Shown: positions 53,608-64,000 of the stretch, piece by piece
How positions within the stretch are numbered: position 1 is the first letter of the stretch
Layout: every line of letters begins with the position of its first letter
Source of the DNA: Antedon mediterranea
Lineage: Eukaryota > Animalia > Echinodermata
NCBI RefSeq assembly: GCF_964355755.1
Contig: NC_092678.1
Span: 2,868,422-2,932,421 of the forward strand
Length of the DNA stretch: 64,000 bases
Reading direction: 5' to 3'
Notes under the pieces: generated by a model
What the model was told of the DNA's origin: nothing
Seen by the model: the letters and a program-made list of their open reading frames with translations, nothing else
Databases searched by the model: none
Program-made: the position numbers and the translations under genes

Positions 53608-55110
53608 ATGTTTGGAGATACAGCTACTGGATTACTATGTATTATTCTGTTTGTTGTAAATGTACATTTAACTACACAGCAAGATCAAAGAGCAGTTATA
53701 AGTGGAGAAAGAGCTTTAACTGTTTTAGCACAAGAAGATGTAAATGTACTTGATTTCAAATGTACAACTCAAACCTTTTCTGAGGATCATTACATCATCT
53801 GGTCAAGATTAACTGAATATTCTGGAGTTGAAAGAGATATTTACAGAAATGGAACACTACTGACCTCTGACCTTGGACAAGAAGCACTGTCCTACTCCCT
53901 TAACAACTCCACTGAAGTTGAATTTACATTATCAATTGCAAAAGGCCTTGGACAATTTATTCATTACAATGGATATCGATGTATGGTTATAGAAGTTAAT
54001 AACACAAATGAAGTGTTATTTGAAACAGACAATGGCTATATCTATGTGCAAGTATCATATCCACCACCAGCACCATATCCTCTTTGTTCTGCTACCAGTT
54101 ATCAGAATAAGTCCATTGGGCAGAGTGTTACAATGTCTTGTACAACTCAGCCAGGCAATCCAAGAATAAGCATCCAATGGTGGAGAGATAATGTTAAGAT
54201 TGTGGGTAAAGATGTAGAATATAATAGTAATATGAGATTTACAGAATATTCATTGGACTATACCTTTAATCTTCAACAACAAGATTTAGAGGCAACATAT
54301 GAATGTAGGGTGACATGGGCTAACACTGTTGTGACAACATGCAAAGTACAGGAAACATCTCAGTTAACAACACAGAGGGCAACAACAGACCAGACCACAA
54401 CTTCTCAGTCAACAACAATGGCAACAAAAGATAGAATGATTTTGCAAACAACAGAGAAGCAAACTTCCTTATCACTTACTGCAAAAATTACAGTGCCACA
54501 AACAACTGTTAGAACTACAGCAATAGAAAAGCCAACAACACAGACATTGACCCCAGCCAGCACAACTACTAGGATACAATCAAACGTTCCACCAAAAACC
54601 AGCAAAACAATTAAACCCACAATTCAAGATGATACTACTTCGTATTCTATGACGTCTTTGACCATTGGATTGTCTCTTGGAGCAGGTCTTCTACTAATAA
54701 TCCTAATAATCTTTCTTATGTATTATCGAAATTGTTTAAATCAAATGTCAAGCAATGATGATGAAAAGAGGACAGATGTCACTGAAGTAACTGACATATA
54801 CAACAAACCAATTGAAATGAACACTGATCATGTCTATAATGATGTTAAGGAACGCACTGAAGAAATGAATACAATACATGTTTATGATAATGTTAAGGAA
54901 GCTACTAAAGAAATGAACATGGAGCATGTGTATGAAAATTCTAAAGGTGGCAACAAAACAGAGAACAAAGATCAGATCTATTATAATGATGCAGAAGAGA
55001 AAATCTACATCAACACTACAAAACATTTGAAAAAACCAAAGAAACAGACAGAAGATGTAAAATATGAGATTGTTAGGCCATTATCACCTGCAACATGCAA
55101 TAACAACTAA
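53608..55110 (+). CDS. Intronless Ig-Ig-mucin receptor, copy 4 (500 aa; Tyr-motif tail with ITIM-like VKYEIV)
   Basis: Same ectodomain plan; TM LTIGLSLGAGLLLIILIIFLMYY; three 48-bp repeats each with HVY. Confidence 0.9.
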   Translation: MFGDTATGLLCIILFVVNVHLTTQQDQRAVISGERALTVLAQEDVNVLDFKCTTQTFSEDHYIIWSRLTEYSGVERDIYRNGTLLTSDLGQEALSYSLNNSTEVEFTLSIAKGLGQFIHYNGYRCMVIEVNNTNEVLFETDNGYIYVQVSYPPPAPYPLCSATSYQNKSIGQSVTMSCTTQPGNPRISIQWWRDNVKIVGKDVEYNSNMRFTEYSLDYTFNLQQQDLEATYECRVTWANTVVTTCKVQETSQLTTQRATTDQTTTSQSTTMATKDRMILQTTEKQTSLSLTAKITVPQTTVRTTAIEKPTTQTLTPASTTTRIQSNVPPKTSKTIKPTIQDDTTSYSMTSLTIGLSLGAGLLLIILIIFLMYYRNCLNQMSSNDDEKRTDVTEVTDIYNKPIEMNTDHVYNDVKERTEEMNTIHVYDNVKEATKEMNMEHVYENSKGGNKTENKDQIYYNDAEEKIYINTTKHLKKPKKQTEDVKYEIVRPLSPATCNNN

Positions 55111-56122
55111 GAAGTCACATTACATGGCAACTATGTCACCTAATATTGGCAAAAGACAATGTAATGGAAACTAATGATGTTAGTTTTATAAAATGTCTAA
55201 TAACCATAACTAACACATTAGCTTTCAGATAACAAACAATAAATAATAATGTTGTCAATGAATGCAACATGGCATTTAAACTATAGTAATATACTCAGAA
55301 TGTGGAAATTGAAAACTTGATAAATTGTATTTATATATTACATATATGAAACCAGAACTTTGTAGAGTAAAAAGTTTTCATTATTTAAAAATGTCAGAAT
55401 TATTTTGTTTAAAAAAAAGTATAGTGATGAGATGTCTTATTATGTGATGCTTATATTTTTCCTTTAGTACAGGCATGAATTTCAAATATAATATCTGGTT
55501 AATTGTACATAAAATATTTGTAAATGTAACAGAAATCAAGATGAAAAAACATGAATTTCCCTTAATATGATTTTTTTCAGTAGTTAGGTAGTTTAACCTA
55601 ATGTCTGGTGACTCCCTAGAAGGTGAAAAAAGATGGATATACGGTGGATAATTTTTGCTATAGCATAAAAATAAAAATCTGAAGTTGAATAAAAATACCA
55701 GAAATGTAAAATTCAAGTTATATTACCTATATTTAGTCATCTGATAACATTTTTTACCACACCGTTTATTTTTCATAGTTTTTAAAAATGCCTCTCTATT
55801 TACAAAATGTGTGTACAAAAGAATAGAGATTTTACTGTGTAATTTGAACTATGAACTGATATGAAAGTGCTTATTTTCAACAAGCTCGTGTAACACAAAT
55901 AAAATCCCAAAAATTATGAAACATAGGGGAAACTATAGAGCGATAATCATTGGAATGTATGATCAATATAACTTTGTTGCCCGCCCGTTACAAAGTTCAT
56001 TCACAATCTGTAAGCTTCATACTTCTGATAATCTGCCTCTGCGGCTAATTTCTAAATATAAGGTTTTTATAAGATGAGGGGGTTGTTCCTTTCTTCAAAG
56101 ATATCATGTTCCTAACTTGCTA

Positions 56123-57990
56123 TTATACAATACAATACAATACAAATCTTTCTTTATTCTGGAATAGCTCTTTCAATACACAAGTACTGGTCTCCCAAGA
56201 GGTCCAGATTTGAAAAAAATACAAGAAAAATAAAAGCTAAAAAACTATGTACAATAGAAGTTATACAAGATGTTTAAATTCAACTTGACTAAGTGTCTCA
56301 TAATTTTTACGGATATGTACAGGAAGATTATTCCATAAGGTTGATGCTCTATAATTAAACATTCTCTTTCCATAAATATTGTTCCATGCTGGAACATTTA
56401 GAGTTTTGGTTGATTGACTTCTTGTATTTTTTGTGTGAAAAGTGTACATAAATTTGAATAGATTTGTTAAATAAGATGGTGCTAAACCCTGTAGGCATTT
56501 AAATAGCATAATTAATAAATCATTTTCCCATCTGTCATGGACACTCTTCCATTTTAGTGAGGACATCAATTCTGTTATAGGGGTGTACATATCAGCATAA
56601 AGAATGATTCTAGCTACTCTATTTTGAAGTACTTGAAGACGATTAACAAGTTCTAAGTTACAATTTGACCAAACATTACTACAGTAATCAAAACAAGGTA
56701 ATACTATTGCATTAGCAAGTAGTCTTCAAGCAAAATTTGGTATATAATATCTTAATCTACGAATAATACCAATACGTTGTGATGGGTGCAGGTCAAGTCG
56801 GCCCTAAACCGTCTCGGCCAAAGTCAAGTCGGCCCCACGTCAAGTCGGCCCCAAGTCAACTCGGCCTCAAGTCAACTCGGTCTCACGTCAACTCGGTCAA
56901 AAACTAATCGGTCAACTCGGCCACAATAAAGTATGGAACGCAAAAAGTGCTTAATATTATTATGATTCTTACTATCCACGCTTAAAAAAAAATGAAGAAA
57001 TAAAAAAAATAATATAATTAAATAATATCCTATAAAAAAATGAACTCATTGCCGATATGAATATATAAGTACCCGCGTGTTACAAAAACATGTGCAGGTA
57101 CCGCATTTTAGTAATTCAAAGACGGAGGCCTACGTTCCACCATTTGGCCATAGAAAAAATGATCGTACATATCGTTTTTGTCCATGATTTGCGTTTAAAA
57201 AAAAGGGGAATCCCCCGGTCAGTAAAAACATGTAGCAGTTGTAGATATCGAAAAAGCTGCCAAAGGCGCAGGGAGGCGCAGCTACGAATTGTTTTCAATT
57301 GTGCAATTTGAAATTTTATTAAACGTAAATAAAGAAAAGTTGGTGAAATCATTCCTATTTTTTTTGCTAAATATATTATTGTCTAAATATTAATATTCAT
57401 TAAAAGTCAGAATTATTTATAGTTAAAAAATTGTGAAGAAATATTATTCTATCAATCCCCTTCATTTGCACTTTTTGCGTTCCATACTTTAACGGGGCCG
57501 AGTTGACCGATTATTTTTTGGCCGAGTTGACTTGAGGCCGAGTTGACTTCTTGGGGCCGACTTGACTTGGGGCGGACTTGACTTTGGCCGAGACGGTTTA
57601 GGGCCGACTTGGATCGAAATTGTTGCGATACTCTTAGCTACTTGTTCAACATGCTGTTTCCATGACATAAGTGAATCAAATGTAAGTCCAAGATATTTAA
57701 AATTGTCAACTCTTTCGACATCATTGCCATTAATAGAAAGAGAAATATTATTGAAACATAATATTGTTGTATCATCAGCATACATAATACATTTATTATT
57801 TATCACATCTGGTAAAGAATTAACATAAATTATAAAAAGCAATGGCCCAACAATTGACCCTTGTGGTATACCAACAGTAATAGGTTTAGAAAATGACAAA
57901 GATGATTTGATATTTACAACTTGTGATCTTCCTGATATGTATGATATAAACCAATTTAAGGCATTACCATGCACACCATATTTTTTTAAT
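56123..57990 (-). mobile_element. 5'-truncated CR1/L2-type LINE with (ATTGT)n tail, inserted upstream of copy 5
   Basis: GIPQGSIVGPLLFIIYVN, YADD, FKYLG, FKCLQGLAPSYL motifs; the empty site is visible upstream of copy 4 (~53060-53080). Confidence 0.9.
56783..57615. mobile_element. Non-autonomous DNA transposon with ~170-bp TIRs built of AGTCGGCC/AACTCGGCC repeats, nested in the LINE
   Basis: Inverted terminal blocks; the LINE frame ATIS|QRIG is restored when the insert is removed. Confidence 0.8.
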
Positions 57991-58507
57991 TTATAAAAGG
58001 CAATTTGTAGAGCGAGGATAACAATACTATTTTTCCCTGACACTAAAATGTATTAAATAAATGAGAAAAACTCCCTGAAATGAAATCTGATCTGTGCTGC
58101 ATGAATAACACTATTAAGAATATTTAATTGTTCAAAAAGACGAAACCATTTTTTACCAAGAGAGTCAGTGTCTTAAACAAACACATCTACAATAGGATCT
58201 ACAAAGCATGAGTAATTACAGGTATTCATTGCAATCAATAGTTCTTTTTAAAAAGTGGATATTTATCATTTGATTGTTATAAATTAGTATTTAAACTAAA
58301 TCAAAACATATATAACATTCATATATACATCACATGTATATTTGATAAAATCTAATTATATGCAATTTAAAGTTCACAAATATGTTTTATTAAATTTTAT
58401 GTAACTTTTTAAAAGAATAAAAAAGAATGGTTTGTCCCAAAGAAGGAAGTTATCATTTTTATATAAAATATTAACAATTGAAATGAGAATCATTAAAACC
58501 TGCAGTC

Positions 58508-60973
58508 ATGTTGGGGGATACAGCTGCTGGATTACTGTGTATTATTCTGTTTGTTGTAAATCTAAATTTCACTACACAACAAGATCAAAGATCAGTTATA
58601 AGTGGAGAAAGAGCTTTAACTGTTTCAGCACAAGAAGATGTAAATGTACTTGATTTCAAATGTACAATTCAAACCTTTCCTGAGGATCATTACATCATTT
58701 GGTCAAGATTAACTGAATATTCTGGAGGTGAAAGAGATATTTACAGAAATGGAACACTACTGACCTCTGACCTTGGACAAGAAGCACTGGCCTACTCACT
58801 TAACAACTCCACTGTAGTTGAATTTACATTATCAATTGCAAAAGGCCTTGGACAATTTATTCATAACAATAGATATCGATGTATGGTTATAGAAGTTAAC
58901 ACACATGAAGTGTTATTTGATACAGACAATGGCTATATCTCTGTGTCTGTATCATATCCACCACCAGCACCATATCCTCTTTGTTCTGCTACCAGTTATC
59001 AGAATGAGTCCATTGGGCAGAATGTCACACTGTATTGTACAACTCAGCCAGGTAATCCAAAATTAACCATTCAATGGTGGAGAGATAATGTTAGGATTGT
59101 GAGTAAAGATATAGAGTACAATAGTAACACGAGATTTACAGACTACTCTTTGGACTATACCTTTAATCTTCAACAACAAGATTTAGAGGCAACATATGAA
59201 TGTAGGGTCACATGGGCTAACACTGTTGTGACAACATGCACTGTACAGGAAACATCTCAGTTAACAACACAAAGGGCAACAACAGGTCACATGACAACAT
59301 ATCAGTCAACAACAATAGTTGCAACAACAGAATCAATGTTTCAGCAGACAACAGAGACGACCACTCCTTTTCCACTGACTACAGATAATACAGTACAACA
59401 TACAACTACTATTAGTAGCTCTACTGCTAAAGATGAGCCAACAACAGAGACATTGACCACAGATAGTAAAACTACTATTCTTCCACCATCGACATCTGAA
59501 AGACAACCTACAATCACACCAGAAGTACAGACAAATAGAAAATCAAGTAATCCAACTACTATAAATCCAGAAAATAAAAACACTACCACTATAGAAAATC
59601 AAAATGAGACACTGAACACAAGGAGTACAACAATATGGCAGCAATCCGTAGAAACAGATAGTACTACAGAAGGAATCTCATCTACAGAAGATAGACACAG
59701 AACCAGTAAGCTAATCTACTTCATAATACTAGCAGCTATTGGTTGTGTCTGTCTTCTAGTATTTGCAATTGGCAGTTGTGCTTTTAAAAAAAGACGTCAG
59801 CGAAAAAAATCTGTTAAAGATTATCACGAAATGCAAGTCGGAAATTGGACCGAGGAGGACAACTCAAAGAATAATTCTGATAAGGATCTGGGAATATCTG
59901 GAGAAGATAATACTGCATTTGATGAATCATCACAAAATGATAAAACAGAAATGTTGAAAGCAGAATCAGAGATACCTTTTGTAGCACAGAGTGAAACATA
60001 CACATATGTTCAGGTAACCCCAAAGAGAAATCCTAAATTACAACAAGGTGAAAAGAACCAACGAGTAGATGGAGGAGATGATGATGAAAATCAAGGACCA
60101 ATCCAGAAACCAACAAACACATATACACAGGTGACTCCAAAGTCAAAGAGAAATGTCAAATTGCAGCAAGAACCAGGTACCAAATATTTGGCACAAGATC
60201 TCCACGTAATCGTGGACAATAAAGTCTATGAAGGTTTGCATGATGTTACAGATTCACCTACCGGAACACCACCAGTTGAAGATGAAAGTAAAAGTAACGG
60301 AATCCGAACAATCCCAGAAATTGCTGACGGTACTACAGGGTCAGAGATTCAGATTGATGGAACTGATATAAACGACACTGGACTAAGAGATAGTCATGTG
60401 ACAGAAGAAAACTCTGTATATGCTTCATATATGGAAGAACCAAATCCTTTAGGAACCAAAGGTGTGCCAGGTGACACATCTGAACGCCATGACACTAAAG
60501 GAAGCCATGCTAACCTTGATGGTACACAATATGATGAAAAGGCTATAAACAAAAACACTGGACTAAGAGATAGTCATGTGACAGAAGAAAACTCTGTATA
60601 TGCTTCATATATGGAAGAACCAAATCCTTTAGGAACCAAAGGTGTGCCAGGTGACACATCTGAACGCCATGACACTAAAGGAAGCCCTGCTAACCTTGAT
60701 GGTACACAATATGATGAAAAGGGTATAAACAAAAACACTGGAGTTAGAGATAGTCATGAAATAGAAGAAAACCCAGAGTATGCTTCATATATGGACGAAC
60801 CAAATCCTTCAGGAACCAAAGGCTTGCAAGGTGACACACCTGAACGCCATGACACTAAAGGAAGCCATGCCAACCTTGATGGTACACAATATGATGAAAA
60901 GGCTATAAACAAAAACACTGGAGTTAGAGATAGCCACATAATGGAGGAGAATCAAATATATGATGAATATTAA
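58508..60973 (+). CDS. Intronless Ig-Ig-mucin receptor, copy 5 (821 aa; ~395-aa tail with 17 Tyr and 180-bp repeats)
   Basis: Ectodomain close to copy 4; TM LIYFIILAAIGCVCLLVFAIGSCAF then KKRRQRKK; 60-aa repeats at 60371, 60551, 60731 and a partial one at 60911. Confidence 0.9.
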   Translation: MLGDTAAGLLCIILFVVNLNFTTQQDQRSVISGERALTVSAQEDVNVLDFKCTIQTFPEDHYIIWSRLTEYSGGERDIYRNGTLLTSDLGQEALAYSLNNSTVVEFTLSIAKGLGQFIHNNRYRCMVIEVNTHEVLFDTDNGYISVSVSYPPPAPYPLCSATSYQNESIGQNVTLYCTTQPGNPKLTIQWWRDNVRIVSKDIEYNSNTRFTDYSLDYTFNLQQQDLEATYECRVTWANTVVTTCTVQETSQLTTQRATTGHMTTYQSTTIVATTESMFQQTTETTTPFPLTTDNTVQHTTTISSSTAKDEPTTETLTTDSKTTILPPSTSERQPTITPEVQTNRKSSNPTTINPENKNTTTIENQNETLNTRSTTIWQQSVETDSTTEGISSTEDRHRTSKLIYFIILAAIGCVCLLVFAIGSCAFKKRRQRKKSVKDYHEMQVGNWTEEDNSKNNSDKDLGISGEDNTAFDESSQNDKTEMLKAESEIPFVAQSETYTYVQVTPKRNPKLQQGEKNQRVDGGDDDENQGPIQKPTNTYTQVTPKSKRNVKLQQEPGTKYLAQDLHVIVDNKVYEGLHDVTDSPTGTPPVEDESKSNGIRTIPEIADGTTGSEIQIDGTDINDTGLRDSHVTEENSVYASYMEEPNPLGTKGVPGDTSERHDTKGSHANLDGTQYDEKAINKNTGLRDSHVTEENSVYASYMEEPNPLGTKGVPGDTSERHDTKGSPANLDGTQYDEKGINKNTGVRDSHEIEENPEYASYMDEPNPSGTKGLQGDTPERHDTKGSHANLDGTQYDEKAINKNTGVRDSHIMEENQIYDEY

Positions 60974-61357
60974 TATAGATGTTTTATGATGATAGAGATG
61001 TTAAAGTATAATATCCCAGAGATTTATATTTTAGTTGCTAAAAAAGTTGGCAGACAAAGTAGCAAATATGATAAATATATTATATTGTATGTTACATATA
61101 ATATTCCAGAGAATAATCAATTATAATTATACCTTTAAATCAGTAATTTTGATTATTACATTCATTTTATTTTTACATAATGTTTTTCTAACTTCAACTT
61201 CCTCAACATGTTTTATTCTTTTGAAATTTGGTGGTGGCAATGGTTGATTAATCAGTTTACAATTATTACAAAAGTTGAATATTTATAATAAAATAAGATA
61301 GAAATAAATATAAAATTGTCAAAACAAACAAAATTGTTAAATTTACATATATTTAAT

Positions 61358-61383
61358 CATAGAGATACTATAATATCTCTATG
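61358..61383. mobile_element. 26-bp palindromic insertion flanked by 7-bp direct repeat ATTTAAT
   Basis: ATTTAAT-CATAGAGATA-CTATAA-TATCTCTATG-ATTTAAT. Confidence 0.65.
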
Positions 61384-62676
61384 ATTTAATTAAAAACAAC
61401 ATTAGATGTGGCGACTGAATTAAAATAATAGTTTGTTTAACATAATGTCTTTGTCATCTTTCTAGTTTAAACAGCTCTCTATTAATTAATTATTAATATA
61501 AGTAACTTTATTCCAAAAAATGTAACAAAACCACGCAATGTGGATTTACAAAATCTGATAAGTTCTTACATGCATGCATCCTACAACAACAAAAAATATA
61601 AAATAACGTAAAAATAAAGATTCAAAATAACAAAAGCCACTTATTTCTGTTGCTGGCAATCTCACGCAAATTAATTAGGTCGTTTAAATTATTTATCTTA
61701 AAATTTCTGATAAATAAATCATTTCTAAGTGTACTTAACAGATTGGTTTGATGTGTTTATTAATAAGATGTAGAAAATACATCAACATAAAACAATGTTT
61801 TCTTATAACTATTAATATAAATACTTTCTATACAATTAGCTTTCATGTATGTAGAATCTAGTGATTTGATTGGACAACAAAAGTCACATGACATTCATTA
61901 TTTAGTGCATTTGAACCTTCATGGGATTTTCGCTCTATTCAAAACTAAAATACTGACTGATAGTTTGCACAACAATAACAGTCTTACAAAATAATTCCAG
62001 GCAGGAAGGGATAAGAGAGACATTCCACATCAAACTAGGCTTACAAAAGATTCATAATACATAAACGAAAAACTTATGCTTTGTAAGAATTCAATAGTAT
62101 AATTATTTAAGTAATTTTTCATACAATTACTCAATCTTTCAACGTATGGAATATCCTTTACTATTCATCCTTTAAATATTCATTATTTTGTATATTTTAT
62201 GCAATGTTAACTGATTACAGAATATCAAACTTTAAAGATTCTATTGGACATAGATGTACGAAACACTATTAAAATACATAAATAGGAAGTTATCATGATG
62301 ATACTTCCTGATTGGATGATGTAGGTGTAAGGTGTGAGGGAAAAAATATACATACACTAATACCGGTATATAGAAGGAACCATATTACCATTGCTTGTGA
62401 GGAATATACCATTATATTAAGACAATTAAATTGAAATATACCATTAAATTACAATTTAAAAATTTAAGATAAATTTATTTGTCTTATTTTTTGTTTGGTT
62501 AACTAATATGTTAATTGAAAATGTGACATATATAGGAATAAATAAATTTAATTTTGTTATTTTATTCAAATTTTCTTGAAACTTATGGTATATTCTTTAT
62601 AAGGAAGTATCTTAAATAAAAATTGAATAGCAAATATTTCAACATTTATAACTGAATATCAGATCAAACTGTAGTC

Positions 62677-64000
62677 ATGATGGGAGGTAAATGTGTTGAT
62701 ATGTTGTGGATTATTTTACTCATAATAAATATACATCAGACAACTCAAGAGGAATCTAGACAACTTGTGTCAGGAGAATCATCTACAATTATTGATGACA
62801 CTAAAGGTGATATAAATGAAATTGACCTTAAATGTACTAATCAAACTTTCACAGAGGAAAATTACATCATCTGGTACAGAACAAGTGGCGATACTCAGAA
62901 TAAAACAGAGATTTACAGAAATGGAATACTACTGACCTCTAACCTTGGCAAAGAAGCACTAGCATACTCACTTTACAACTCCACTGAAGCTGAATTTACA
63001 ATATCAATTGCAAGAGCGCTTGGACAATATTTTCACTTAAATAGGTATAGATGTGAAGTAATAGCAACTAATACTGGTAAAGAATTAATAGATATAACTG
63101 GTTCTGTCCTTCTGTCTATACAATATCCCCCACCAGCACCATATCCCCTTTGTACTTCTACTGGTTACCAGAGTGATTTAATTGGACAAAATGTTATCTT
63201 GACCTGTACAACACAGCTAGGAAATCCCATCATAAACATTGAATGGTGGAGAAATGAAGTAAGGGTTCGGAATGAAGATGTAGAATACAATAAAAATAAG
63301 GAAAGATTTACAGAACATTCATTGGACTATACCTTTAACCTGCGACAAGAGGATTTAGAGGCAACATTTCAATGTAGGGTAAAATGGAAGGAAAATTTTA
63401 CAACATGTACATTAGACCAAACAATGGTAACAGAACCAGAGACATTTACCACACTAACATCAGAGACATCAACCATACCAACACCAGAAACATCGACCAA
63501 ACCAACACCAGATACATCAACCACACCAGCACCAAAGACATCAACCAAACCAACATCAGATACATCAATCGCACCAGCACCAGATACATCAACCGCACCA
63601 GCACCAGATACATCAACCGCACCAACACAAGAGACATCAATCACACAAACACTAGAGACATCAACCAAACAAAAACCAGAGACATCAACCAAACCAACAC
63701 CAGAGACATCAACCAAACCAACACTAGAGACATCAACCAAACCAACACTAGAGACATCAACTACACAAACACCAGAGACATCAACCACACTACCACCAGA
63801 GGCACCAACAACACCAACCCCAGAAACATTGACCAAACCAACACCAGAGACACCAACCAAACTAGCACCAGAGACATCAACCACACAAACCCCAGAAAGA
63901 TTGATTACCAAAGCTTTAGACACAACTGTCGCAAGTCTATCCCAATCAGTTGCTACAGATGAAAAACAAGAAAATATAACATCTACAGACAAACTAAAAT
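62677..64000 (+). CDS. Intronless Ig-Ig-mucin protein, copy 6 (3'-partial, runs off window)
   Basis: Hand translation MMGGKCVDMLWIILLII...DLKCTNQTFTEENYIIWYR...RYRCEV...YPPPAPYPLC...DLEATFQCRVKW..., then 24-bp PETSTKPT repeats; no stop before 64000. Confidence 0.9.
   Translation, partial: MMGGKCVDMLWIILLIINIHQTTQEESRQLVSGESSTIIDDTKGDINEIDLKCTNQTFTEENYIIWYRTSGDTQNKTEIYRNGILLTSNLGKEALAYSLYNSTEAEFTISIARALGQYFHLNRYRCEVIATNTGKELIDITGSVLLSIQYPPPAPYPLCTSTGYQSDLIGQNVILTCTTQLGNPIINIEWWRNEVRVRNEDVEYNKNKERFTEHSLDYTFNLRQEDLEATFQCRVKWKENFTTCTLDQTMVTEPETFTTLTSETSTIPTPETSTKPTPDTSTTPAPKTSTKPTSDTSIAPAPDTSTAPAPDTSTAPTQETSITQTLETSTKQKPETSTKPTPETSTKPTLETSTKPTLETSTTQTPETSTTLPPEAPTTPTPETLTKPTPETPTKLAPETSTTQTPERLITKALDTTVASLSQSVATDEKQENITSTDKLK

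Noticed and set aside
53601-53610. CAG just before the ATG as a splice acceptor
   Set aside because: Upstream sequence is A-rich with no polypyrimidine tract, and copy 1 lacks the AG.
42236-63992. Val-rich minus-strand ORFs (42236, 46891, 50888, 54405, 59341, 63369)
   Set aside because: Antisense shadows of ACA/ACT-rich mucin coding sequence.

Overview
AT-rich animal (marine invertebrate, possibly echinoderm; weak inference) genomic DNA. The first ~29 kb is a patchwork of satellites, decayed Gypsy/LINE/Penelope/SINE/MITE elements, an 18-copy tRNA-derived (A-box/B-box) 158-bp array and a minimal hammerhead ribozyme. The last four coding exons of a GRAMD4-like gene lie on the minus strand (40353->29637); their splice phases join correctly by hand. 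Upstream of these exons, apparently inside a >23-kb intron of that gene and on the opposite strand, is a tandem cluster of intronless genes. They encode signal peptide + two Ig-like domains + Thr-rich mucin stalk + one TM helix: four complete ORFs, one copy with a single nonsense change, one 3' relic, and one ORF that runs off the window and is missing from the ORF track. The Ig ectodomains are related and partly homogenised, while stalks and cytoplasmic tails differ sharply (short or Tyr-free versus tails built from tandemly amplified tyrosine motifs). This looks like a diversifying immune or recognition receptor family, and it is the main candidate for an undescribed system. All calls are by eye; no searches were run.
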